DNA from: Aplysia californica
Taxonomy: Eukaryota
Reading direction: 5' to 3'
NCBI RefSeq assembly: GCF_000002075.1
Contig: NW_004797526.1
Span: forward strand, 484,694-522,255
Length of the DNA stretch: 37,562 nucleotides
A program made the position numbers and the translations under genes. This document shows positions 21,919-32,765 of this stretch, piece by piece. Position 1 is the stretch's first letter. Each line of letters begins with the position of its first letter. The notes under the pieces are model-generated. The model did not search any database and was not told where the DNA came from. It worked only from the letters and a program-made list of their open reading frames with translations.

Positions 21919-23204
21919 CGATTCTTTGTGCACTATCTTTTCAGCTGACACGCAGCTTTTCTCCATGCCTGAGAAAGAAGCAAATTCGATTATTTTGCAC
22001 AAAGAGTTTATTTCAGAATGTATAACTTTTCTATGCTAAGCCAGTGTTTATAAAATAGCAACAGAATGCATTCATTTTGAGTTGTCAATAATCGGCCGAG
22101 GAGAAACCGCATGTTGCTATGACGTAATAAGGACTGTTTTATTATTCCTAGTTTTTGTTATTACGGTGTAACCTAAATCTGGATCCCTTAACTTAAAAAT
22201 GGGGACAACATTAACCGGTGTTGCATTTCAATGCGAGTTGACAAGAAACCATCCCAAGCCTCTTCTCTTCAACGATTATGTTAGTAGCATCTGCTCATAA
22301 TTAAAGTTTTGGTATTGCACGTTGAGCAAATTTTGATACTTGAGGTTGTGGAATGTATCATAATACATCGTCATGTTATATAACGTTAGCAGAGTTCCTT
22401 TGTCAGCATAATAATCATTATTTTGTTGCACCATTTGTCTATTGTTGTCAGGTTGCAAGCTCACAAAAAATGAACGAATGTGTTACTTTCGTCCTTCTTT
22501 AAGTTGGGGGGTGCTTTTAGAGTGGCAATTGGTAGTGAGAATGGCATGTACATGACTGTCAGTTAAAATATCCCCACCCAGTATTACGGAGGAGTTTTTT
22601 TTATGGAAAAAGCTTTTGGTATCATGTTCTTCCATATTCATTCATTCTTGAAAGCAAAAGATTGAATTTAATGCTCTTGGATTTCCAAACCTTAACAGTG
22701 ATTTATGCCGACACAATATTGTCATAATGAATTGTTTGAAACTGGGGGGGGAGAAAATGATGCCATGGTCGGACCTGACATAGTGACAAGCTACTCCGAT
22801 ATAATCGTTTTGGGTTGTAGTCTTTGTAGTTTTTGTTTGCTTGTTTTCGTATGCATATACGTTTGTTTCCTTTTGGGGGTATTTTTTTCTTGGGGAGGAA
22901 TTTAAATAGAACTGTTAAACAATAGGAGGTTTTAAAATCTAGAGTAGGAGCCTACATGTATATGTTCTCTCTTAGTCGCTATGTGAAAGCATTATCACTG
23001 GTGGCAGAGTCAACTGGAGAGGTGCAAAATTGAAATTCGAAACCATCTGTTGAGTTTACAATGTTAGTTCTAAACTCCTTGCAAAGAAGTGATCGCGTCA
23101 GCCTTTGTTTGCTTGACGCATGTCTCCAGGTTTATCACTCTGGTAAATCCTGGCTAGGCCTACACCGGAATATAATTGCCGCGTTGGTACAAAGATAGTA
23201 CAAG

Positions 23205-23698
23205 CAATGATAGTACATAACAAGATGGGCCACTCAGCCAAAAAAGTGTCCGCAGGAAGTATGCTCTTTGCTTCAGATGGCGCTGCAGTCTGTTTTGAAG
23301 CTCTCTTTCGTTTTTCCAGAAAAAGAATAGGAATAGCACCTCCTTGCGTGCGCAGATCGACTGCTGTTCATCAGCAGTTCGGGTACGTTCAGTGCGGAGT
23401 TTTAGTTTTTAAAATTTTAATGACCTCTCGCCTTTCACTCTAAAGTCAAATTAAACAAAGAAAACCATCACCCTTTCCTCCGGAAGAGGTTTTTTGTCAG
23501 CGTAACCATTTTAAAAAAGCGTTCTTCCGAAATTTATCCCAAAACTTGCTAGTTTCACTTTGATTTTTTAAAACTCAAGTAGGGTAACTCTGTTCGCAAA
23601 GAGTGCGCTTTTGTGAAGAGGGCGCCACCAAATTTTGAGGACACTTTTTTAATTGGCTCAAAGAGAGAAGTGGCCCATCTTGTTATGTACTATCATTG
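23205..23698. mobile_element. P-superfamily-like MITE with 7-bp target-site duplication
   Basis: TIR caatgatagtacataacaagatgggcc / ggcccatcttgttatgtactatcattg. Direct repeat GTACAAG at 23198-23204 and 23699-23705. CA...TG termini. Confidence 0.88.
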
Positions 23699-25508
23699 GT
23701 ACAAGACGTTGGTACCAAAGATAGTGACGATACCAAAGATCAAGTACAATCTTTGACGATACCTGTCCATCAGCTATTTTCAGGGGATAAATATAATAAT
23801 AGGAAGTAATGTTTGGTACCGGCCAAGACACAGTAAGACTTACTGAGTCTTGGGTACCGGTACTGTTACAATGGAGTCCGCTTATTAAACCGGCCACGGT
23901 TATAACATCGGCCTAGGTTTTCTTGGATCCAAGAATGCCTAAATGTAGGCCTATTACAATTAAGTCCGCATAAACCGAAATCCGCCGAACTGCCGGATTT
24001 TCCGCGGTTTTTGCAGGATTTTCAAATGGATTATTTTAATAAAACGGGGATTTTTTTCTCTTTCTAGAATTTAAGAATACTGGTATAGCCACTTTGGGGA
24101 GTGGTTGTTTGCAAAGACAAACGCGGTTTTCCTATTATGTCGATGATATTGATACCTAAGAAAAAACAGCTTGTAGTTTGTAAAAATGGAAGTAAATTAT
24201 AACTGCGTATTCAAGCCCAGCCTACTGATCGAAAAACTGCACATTGCATTGCACGTAAAATCCCCGATCACAGTCAAAACATTATGTTTTAATACTGATT
24301 TATGGGTGTCTTATAAGGATTAATTAAGTACATATAAGGGCATCTGTGTTGTGATCAACTTTTGTAAAATAATAATAATTGTTATTATTATAATAATTAT
24401 AATAATAATAACAAATTGCACCTACAGTGGCCTATATATTGTAATCTGAGTTACCTCGAGTAAAATAAACGGTTACGAGTTGCTTTCTGCAGACTATACA
24501 GTGCATTTTCCGCTGAGACTAAAGATCCTATTCTACAACTACAAGATAAATTTACCTCTAAAAAGGCGATCTAGATAGAAGCTCTGGAAAGTGGCACAAC
24601 CTCAGATTTTATAGGGGTGAGGGTTAATTTTTTGTTTGTTTATTTGTTTGGGGGTTGTTGTTTTTTTGCATGCGACTTTTTTTTATTTAGATTTAAGAGA
24701 CCTTGCAGTAAAGGATCTTTCTTTGCTGAAGGATCAAAGATTCTCTACTAGAGAACTTTTACGTCATTTGATATGACCTTCGTATTCTTGGTTGTCCTTC
24801 TAATATAAGCCAGGAGAATCTGTGGTTATGAAACACAGTCGATACTGGTATCTTGAAAGAGAAGTTGGTATCGACAACAAGTGTCAGTCGGGAATTCCCG
24901 CATTCATAAGTTGTAGGAGACAAAAACCAAGGGTCCTTAGCAGAGGGATAGTTTAGTTTGAGTTTGAGAATTGTAACAACGGTGCTTGTACTTCGTAGAG
25001 AAGGAAATCTTGATGATTGCGTTCGCGAGTTACACCAATTTTTTTAGAAACAAGTAAGTATTTAAAGGTAGCCCCAAATTAAAACTGTAATGCACTGCCA
25101 TAGCGTGTAGAGATCCACACTGAAACAAAAGTGGTTGCCTCACTCTCAGAAACAGACGTCGCAGAGCGACGGGCGATGCTTTTGCTTTTCGGCTTTTACC
25201 CCAACTAACTTTACTAACCAGTTGCCTAAAATAGATCCTGCTTATAGAAAGAGAAGTAATGATGATGTCAGCCTTCAGGTTGAGGAGTATGACCACTTTA
25301 TCGCCAATTGCCTGTTTAGATTCGAGAGCGATCACTGTGTAGACCTATTGAAATATAATTTTATGAATTGTGACTTTTCTGGTGTTTGTAATTTTAATAT
25401 GATTAGGATTAGGAGGGCCTGTTTCAAAATCATCTTATAAAGAAAAAATGTTTTAAAAAATAAAGCTCATCCACAAGCCGCGAGTGGTTTTTTTTGGGTA
25501 AGTTTATA

Positions 25509-25541
25509 TAGATCTAGATCTAGATCTAGATCTAGATCTAG
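25509..25541. repeat. (TAGATC)n self-complementary microsatellite
   Basis: About 5 perfect units, close to an assembly gap. Confidence 0.9.
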
Positions 25542-25564
25542 TAGGATTTTAATTTTAAAGTATT

Positions 25565-25841
25565 NNNNNNNNNNNNNNNNNNNNNNNNNNNNNNNNNNNN
25601 NNNNNNNNNNNNNNNNNNNNNNNNNNNNNNNNNNNNNNNNNNNNNNNNNNNNNNNNNNNNNNNNNNNNNNNNNNNNNNNNNNNNNNNNNNNNNNNNNNNN
25701 NNNNNNNNNNNNNNNNNNNNNNNNNNNNNNNNNNNNNNNNNNNNNNNNNNNNNNNNNNNNNNNNNNNNNNNNNNNNNNNNNNNNNNNNNNNNNNNNNNNN
25801 NNNNNNNNNNNNNNNNNNNNNNNNNNNNNNNNNNNNNNNNN
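25565..25841. other. Assembly gap (N run)
   Basis: Run of N. Confidence 1.
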
Positions 25842-26269
25842 AGGCTCTGGACTGATTCTAAATTTAGTTAAGTTACACCTCTAGATTTGTTGCTACTCAG
25901 GTGAACAGGAAGTTTGAGCCTTTTGACAGGTTTATTTAATGATCTTTTGTGGTTCAGTCTTTAATTCTCACCTCCTCCCTCAACGGTTCAACCTGAGCCC
26001 CATGTCCTTTCATTACTTGGAACTTCTTATTATCTTCTGTGAGGTTTGTCGTGACAGCTGGTTTCATAGCTTACTAGCTCAAAGGATATATGTGTCACAA
26101 CGCAGTGGAATCAGGCACTCGTCTATTTTTGCATGTGGAGTTAAAGGCTATTGGTTGGTTCATTCAGCTTGTTCGTTTGTCTTGCTTTTGATTCCCAAAG
26201 TACCCATAAAATCTCTAGATATTTGTGATTGAAGGAGGTCAGGGTCGTCTTGTTTCAAAGGTAAAGTAA

Positions 26270-26500
26270 ACGGGAAAATGGCTGACTTCCATAGATTGAG
26301 AGTCCTTGAAAACTGAAAATTTTACAATTTTTGTGCCTTCAATCAACGCTTTTCAGTAAAAGTCGCACAATTTTAAATGGAATAAAAGGTGTGGAGCCCA
26401 AAAAAAATTCAATAAAAATAGACACACGGGCGGAAAAATTCTGGTTTCTTCAATTTCATTATTTTGACGAACGCTTGATTTCACCACGCTGCCTCACATA
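26270..26500 (+). repeat. Interspersed repeat family copy (also at about 28300-28400, 28660-28780 and 32520-32765)
   Basis: Shared blocks ttgaaaactgaaaatt..aca.ttttgt.ccttca.tcaac and tttcttc.atttcattattttgacga...tgatttcaccac..tgcctcaca. Confidence 0.78.
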
Positions 26501-26620
26501 TATATATATGTGTCAGCTTTGAATCAAAACTTCCCTGAATGATTTTGTTTCAGGTTTTGACCACACCGGTGCTGACTGGAGAAAAGTCCTTCATGGTCTA
26601 AATTCTAAAGCATTGTCAGT

Positions 26621-26853
26621 ATGGAGCCATCAGTTCAACGCAGTCTGTCACAGCGGAGAGACTCTGGGGTCTCCCTGAACAAACTTGTTATTCCACCTTT
26701 GGATACATCCCAGGAAGTTATTGTTGTTCCTTCTGGAATTCCGAGGGATAAGCATGAAGAAGTTGTGGAAGAAGGTAGAGAGCTGTTCACAAACTTTGTA
26801 TCGAGTGAAATTCAGAGGGTTCCTAATTTCTCCTACGAAGATATTCCGTTGCG
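26621..26853 (+). CDS. Bcl-2 family BAX-like apoptosis regulator, coding exon 1 (N-terminus and alpha1)
   Basis: ORF MEPSVQRSLSQRRDSGVS...VVEEGRELFTNFVSSEI... ends at a strong phase-2 donor CG|GTGAGT. An upstream acceptor (gattttgtttcag, 26551-26553) implies a 5'UTR intron. Confidence 0.8.
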
Positions 26854-27372
26854 GTGAGTAATACTTTGTCCTGCTCGTATTGGTATTTTTTTGGGTGTTT
26901 TTTTTTTGTTTCCTTAATGTGTGTGTGTGTTTTGCTTTAAAAACAGATCAGCCTTGGTCAGGCATGTTTACCATCATAGTCTAAATTGATATCCTGTTAA
27001 CTATAATAATACACTACTGTACTAACTTTATACAGACTGAATGCAATGTAATGCTCCTTCAGACAGGTATTTTTTATCAATTTATATGTTATAAATTATG
27101 ATCCGTCATTGACTTTAAAGCATCAACTGACCATTGAAAACATACTGTATTTTTAAATCAACTTGGTGTAAAACTCTACTATAAGTTTGTAATGTAAACA
27201 GACATCAAGTAGTAGATTGTTGACAAGCACACTCTATGCAGACTCTGAAAGTAAACCATTGACCGTACTTTATCAACCAACGTTAGACTGCAAAAAGGTT
27301 TTATTTTATTGTCCCAGTTGAAAGAATGTGTAGTTTAGACATAATCATTGATTTTTTATTTCATTTTCTAAG

Positions 27373-27490
27373 GACTCCACCAGGATACAAAGATCCTTTG
27401 TGGGCTAAAACAGGCAGAGACTTGCGACTTATGGCAGATGACTTTTCAAAAACTCGTGGGAGAGCGCAAGTGCAGAGAAGAGCTGAGCAG
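27373..27490 (+). CDS. BAX-like gene coding exon 2 (BH3 motif)
   Basis: TPPGYKDPLWAKTGRDLRLMADDFSKTRGRAQVQRRAEQ contains a BH3-like LRxMADDF. Acceptor ttttctaag| (phase 2 matches exon 1), donor CAG|gtatat (phase 0). Confidence 0.88.
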
Positions 27491-27842
27491 GTATATTTTT
27501 ATGTCCTATTTATGTTAACCACTCATCAAAAATGTATTTTGGTAGGGTGACCAGTTCCTTTCCACGCCGCTTTTACTTCCCCAACTCGAAGTCGGAGATG
27601 AGTGCACTAATCACTCCGCCACCGCACCCTCTACTCTGAGCAGTTGATATCTAAATTATGATTTAGTGCATTATACAAAAAGTGCAGAGATGACTAAATG
27701 TCCAAGGGAATGTAGTCACCTCTGGTGGCATTTGACATAAAACACAGGGCTCTATCATAAATTTAAATATCACTAGGTTTTGGAAAAGGAAGATATTTGC
27801 ATTCCAGTAGTTTACTCTTTTGAATTTCTGTCGTAAAGCATA

Positions 27843-28470
27843 TATCGATTTTTGGCCCAGAGGAGATGTTTGTCAGCTATATGAATTTCATTTTTCGCAA
27901 GACTGATTCTACGCTAAGCTCTAAGATAGACCACAGAGTGTTCAAGCCTTAATTACTCGCCCAAAAGTGATCATCAGAAAGAGGAACAAAACTTAAATTC
28001 AACCTTCAGGCAGCAACAGAAATTACTTTTCTTGCGAGCCTAATTTTGTGTGTATTCTGGGTCAAGAATTTGAATTTTGCGGAGACAAACCAATACTCAG
28101 CATTCTCTTTCATTTCTAAGAAATGTGAGTTATACTTTCTCATTTTGATATAGATGTACAATGTCATCATCAGTAACTTCTGTCCAGCTCGAACATTCTC
28201 ATGAAACCGCTACCTACAACTTGAAACCTTTAAGGTTCACTTTAAAATATAATTGTTCAGAGGTAAAATTAATGAGAAATCGCCAACAGAATGTGATAAC
28301 TTCAATAGCTTGAGAGTTCTTGAAAACTGAAAATTGACACATTTTGTACCTTCAGTCAACATTTTTCATTAAAATCCACAAAGAAATGTGTTTTTATATA
28401 TGTGAAAAGTGCTGACAAAATGAGTTATTTCTGGAAATCCCCAAATGAAGATATTGGCCAAAAATCGATA
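27843..28470. mobile_element. TIR-bounded element in BAX-like intron 2
   Basis: Perfect 15-bp inverted ends tatcgatttttggcc / ggccaaaaatcgata. Confidence 0.55.
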
Positions 28471-28659
28471 CTAGGGTCAAATTGTTTATTTTCTATTGAT
28501 GCCACATTCTTTAAGTATAACTTGCTTTTTATTACTTCATACTTCTAAACTGTAAAAACTTCACCTATAGGCATGATGTATCTATTTAAATAAGGCTTGA
28601 ATCCGAGAAGCAACTCAATTTGTCAGCACCCTTCACACATATATATAGAGAGAGAGACA

Positions 28660-28780
28660 TAAAAGATGTTGAGCCAAAAAACAAAAATTCTATAAAAATT
28701 ACTCAGCTGACGGAAAATTGAGTTTCTTCAATTTCATTATTTTGACGAGCGCTTGATTTCACCACGATGCCTCACACATA
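28660..28780 (+). repeat. Copy of the 26270-26500 repeat family (3' part)
   Basis: tttcttcaatttcattattttgacgagcgcttgatttcaccacgatgcctcaca is nearly identical to 26445-26498. Confidence 0.8.
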
Positions 28781-28866
28781 TGTTATTTCTTGTCTTGTTG
28801 GCATAACTGTGAGTACCCATTTGATTTCTGATTTTAAATTATCACAACTTTCTTTTTTCTTTTCAG

Positions 28867-29091
28867 GTGGGAACAGATGTCACCTTTGAACAGTTCCATG
28901 ACTTGTTGTCTCAGATCTTCTGTGAAGGGGGAATAACCAGAGAAAGGATTGTTGTGCTTTTTTTTTTCTGCTCGGATGTGGCTATACAAGCTCTCCGTGC
29001 TGGCAAAAACTTGTTCATGACTTTTCTCAACTGGTCCCTCACTTTTATTTCTGAGAAGATCTGCACCTGGGTGTACCAGCATGGTGGATGG
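28867..29091 (+). CDS. BAX-like gene coding exon 3 (BH1 and BH2)
   Basis: VGTDVTFEQFHDLLSQIFCEGGITRERIVVLFFFCSDVA...WVYQHGGW. Long polypyrimidine acceptor. The donor TGG|gtaagt falls directly after the BH2 GGW, the intron position conserved in BCL2/BAX/BAK genes. Confidence 0.93.
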
Positions 29092-29183
29092 GTAAGTCTC
29101 TTTCTCATTATTTATATTTGTTTCTTTGCATTTTAAAGTTAAAGGTTTGATCGGAGTAAAAATTGAAACTAACAAAACAAATA

Positions 29184-29348
29184 CAGTGGAACCTACTCTA
29201 ACAGCTAACAGTGTAAGACAAACCACTTGCTCTAATGGCCACTTGCCATGTACTACCTTTGGTACTTTTTACATTATAATGAGACTGTGTAAGACAGTCA
29301 CCACTTAACTCCTCAGCAATAGATGGCAGTATTAAACACTTTCGACTG
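29184..29348. mobile_element. Short degenerate Tigger/mariner-type MITE in BAX-like intron 3
   Basis: TA-cagtggaacct ... actttcgactg-TA; related to 19775-20577. Confidence 0.6.
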
Positions 29349-29909
29349 TATACTGAATAAAGGTACTTTCTCCCCATCAGTCTCTTTATAATGTCAGATT
29401 TAGGACGAATTTGGTAAAACAATCCAGATTGCTTTTAAAAATAGTAGCCAGCTGTATTTGAAATAATTCAATGCGACTATTTAGACAATATGAACTACAG
29501 ACCAATCTTGTTTTTTCTTCTTTTTGTACAGATTGGTCTTTACCTGTTGTCTACAGTTTAAAATGTATTAGAGAATCTGAAGTTTAAAAAATGAACATTT
29601 AGACTAAAGGAAAACAAAAGCAAAAGACTATTGAGATGATGATCTTTTCTGGCTCGTCACTCATCGTAAGTCTGTGTATTATGGATTTTTGAAATATCGT
29701 TTGAATGCAGGAAGGCTCATTAGGAGACTGCATATTTGTGTAACTTTCAATATCCTATGCTGCTTGTGTGCATCGCTGGGTTTTTTTCTTTTGTTTGGCC
29801 TGATAGCCTCTTTTCAGCCTAATTCGTGGTTTCTTTTCAAGTAACTTTTTTAAACTTATTGTTATTAATCTAATCAATGCTGTTTTTTGTTGTTTTTTTC
29901 TTTTTACAG

Positions 29910-30020
29910 GGTCAAGTTGTGGCAAAGCCATTTAATTCCGTCAACAAATTCTTCCTGTGGGCAGCAGTGGTTGGCTGTTTATTCCTTCTATTCCGTTACT
30001 ACAGGAAGAAACTTCTTTGA
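29910..30020 (+). CDS. BAX-like gene coding exon 4 (C-terminal transmembrane tail anchor, stop TGA)
   Basis: After the acceptor tttttacag|, phase 0 gives GQVVAKPFNSVNKFFLWAAVVGCLFLLFRYYRKKLL*, a hydrophobic helix followed by a basic tail typical of mitochondrial/ER tail anchors. This frame is not in the ORF track. Total CDS 687 nt, i.e. 228 aa plus stop. Confidence 0.9.
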   Translation, partial: GQVVAKPFNSVNKFFLWAAVVGCLFLLFRYYRKKLL

Positions 30021-30954
30021 CTTTGAAGAGAGGCAGCAATGGTCATGGTCTAGGAGGAGGATTGAGATAACCCTCGGAAAACAGAACTGGCTATGTCGTG
30101 TCATAATATAGAGTTTCCTGGGGAAATCAGGGGTGAAAATGAAACAATATTTTTGTACAAAAATATAGCTTTAGAATATGGATTAGTAATACATTGCCAG
30201 AAATATCATAACAGGAAGGAATCGAAAGGTACATGATTTGATAGTGGAAAAAGAATTACAAATTAGTATCATCAATATTTTTAGTAGTAGTGGTACTGAT
30301 TTTGTTTTTTGAGAGGCTATATGCTCATTTCCGGGAAAATGTCACGCTTGCCTTGAAGGATATTCACCCTTACAGTTAGCTTTTGGTTATCAAAAGTGAT
30401 CAAGGGTTAAAGTTTATGAAAGTTGATAACTGAATGCCTTTAATGAAATATTGAAGACCTTTACTGCTGTCTCATTTGATCATGTTGAAAATACATGTAC
30501 TATTATAACCAATGCATTCTGACGAAAAAGTATTTGATCTCATTAGCAAAATGGCAGAAATCATTGATTGATTTAACATACAATATCAACTAATTAAAAC
30601 AGATCACTATTTTTCTTCTTAAAAAAAAAACCCCCAACTTTTTAAGGCGGCCAGGACTTATAGATTTACTTGCTGGCAGAAGAAAGTTTTCAAAATGATA
30701 TCAATTTTGCAGTGGGCTATACAGCATTAGTGTAATTGTTTGTTATTTTATTCAATTCTAGAATATTAATACTAATAGATACATTGTTAAAAACTAGTAC
30801 TGGGTAATGTGTGAACCTGGTTGATGTATTCAATCGATCAAAGCACACTACGTTGTTTGGACCGGAGGAAGTTAAAACTTTGTTCTTTGAAGAGGGTTTT
30901 ATTTGGAGCCAATATGATACGAGTCGAGATTATTTACCACAGGAGTGACTTTCT

Positions 30955-31130
30955 GTTTTTGTTTTAGTAAGAGTTTTACGGCACTTGCAACACAATAGGC
31001 CGTATAAGTGCCGAAGATTAGAGGTGTTACAAGAGAGTAACAAACACAAAAAAGAAGGAGGGGAGATAGGATGATAGATGTTGGGTAGGAAAGAAGGAGC
31101 TAACTGCACCAGAGCACCCACCAACCTCCC
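30955..31130 (-). repeat. Interspersed retroposon 3'-tail repeat, copy 3
   Basis: Homologous to 16175-16295 and 16490-16720. The minus strand ends in a ggcactt...aagtgcc stem-loop followed by an (aaaac)-type tail. Confidence 0.78.
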
Positions 31131-31398
31131 ATTTTGTTTCTGTTTGTGAATTGAGATTATTTAGTGGCATGAGATAACATAGTTAACAATAATGGTTTTT
31201 ATTTTTCCGAGGCCAGATTGTAAACAGCGAAAAATATTATAGTACAACAGGTTTTTGGGGATTTTTTGCTTTGCGGAAAACATATTTTCAGGTGTCAGTC
31301 TTACATTGATGTCCTCTCAGATATGAAAAGACAAGAAGCACATGTTTCATGTATATGGGCGTTCCCAGTCTTTTCAAAAGACATATCTTAGTTTCATA

Positions 31399-32305
31399 CA
31401 GTGGGCCCCACTTTTTACAGTTTTAACAGGATTTCAGCTGTAGTGGGCTTATATTAAATATCCTCGAGTCCTGTCTCTTATAGTGTACTGTAAAAAAGTT
31501 CTTTTATAACAGGCATTCGGGCTGACATGTTAGACTATAACAGTGGTCCAACCATCGACACAATCCTAAAACAAACGGACAAGAAAGCTGAAAAACGAAA
31601 TAAATGAAGCAAATCAACATTAATGGCACATCGCATGGCACCTTCATGACTCACAGTAGGCCAGAATTGACTGTGTACACATTTTATGATCATGATGTGT
31701 CATACCTTGTGTGCAGGGAAGGGAGGAGATGGGGGGGGGGGAGCTGAACGCACTTTGTTGATGGAAGTCATGTCAATGAGATAGCATGATCTTGGTCTGG
31801 CACATCGTCACATTGTTTCCCCTCTATGGGTGGCGAGACTTGTAATAGGAATTACTGACTGAATGAAAAGTAGGCACTGCATGCAGATCTATGTGTGCTC
31901 CTTTTCCCAAATGTGGTAAAATTTCGATTACTAGTCAATGTAAAGCACACAGGGTATGCTGTAGACTGTTGAGCATGAATTGTTCCTGTTTGCAAGTATA
32001 ATAATAATAATTATTATTATTATTATTATCACTCGTGCTTCTCAAATTATTCTTGTCAACCTCAATGAGACTAAAATGCTTAGAAAAAAAGAAGATATAG
32101 ATGAGGAGGACAAAATTTCAGTGGGAAAAAAAAAACGGAGCAATGACTGATAAATTGTTTGTGGGTTATCTATGTAGTAAAAGGGATCCCATTCGTTAAT
32201 CATTAGTTGTAGTGTGTGTAAACTTGATCCCCATCTGTAACAGGTTGGGCTATAACAGGGACATCACGTCGGTCGCGGAAGTCTTGTAACAACCAGGGCC
32301 CACTG
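31399..32305. mobile_element. Tigger/mariner-type MITE
   Basis: TA-cagtgggccc ... gggcccactg-TA termini, with subterminal tataacag repeats. Confidence 0.72.
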
Positions 32306-32519
32306 TAATATAGATCTATGGGAATAGATTGTTATTGTTCACTATGTCTTTTTAATGGAAGGCAGAGCTCATGAGTTGACAAATTGTAGGTCTATATATA
32401 TAGAGAGCCAACATCATCTGTATACCTGAAAAAAATTCCCCATTTATCTAGAATTTTATAAGTCGAGATTTGGGGGATTGAAGGACGTAGGGGGTCACCT
32501 GGTTTCAGAGAAATTAGCC

Positions 32520-32765
32520 ATCTAAATTTGTTGACTTTCATAGCTACCATGTCCTTGGAAACAGTATATATTTACATTTTAGTGCCTCAAATCAAAGTTT
32601 TTCAGTAAATTCCACGTATAAATATGTTTTTGAATGGTCATATTAAGTGTTGAGCTAAGAAAAAAAAATTCGATAAAAATTGTTAAACCAGCAGAAAAAA
32701 TGACGGTTTCTTCGATTTCATTATTTTGACGATCACCTGATTTCACCACAATGCCTCACATTTCA
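32520..32765 (+). repeat. Copy of the 26270-26500 repeat family
   Basis: tgactttcatag...gtccttggaaac...tttcttcgatttcattattttgacga...tgatttcaccacaatgcctcaca. Confidence 0.75.

Noticed and set aside
27555-27632. Possible SINE head on the minus strand (ggtggcggagtgattagtgcactc)
   Set aside because: A-box-like only and too short or deleted to call confidently.
30018-30026. Stop-codon readthrough at TGA-C of the BAX-like gene
   Set aside because: The next codons are CTT TGA, so readthrough would add only two residues.
29887-30111. 74-aa ORF in the track as the last BAX-like exon
   Set aside because: Wrong frame; the phase-0 splice uses the frame starting at 29910, which encodes the tail anchor.
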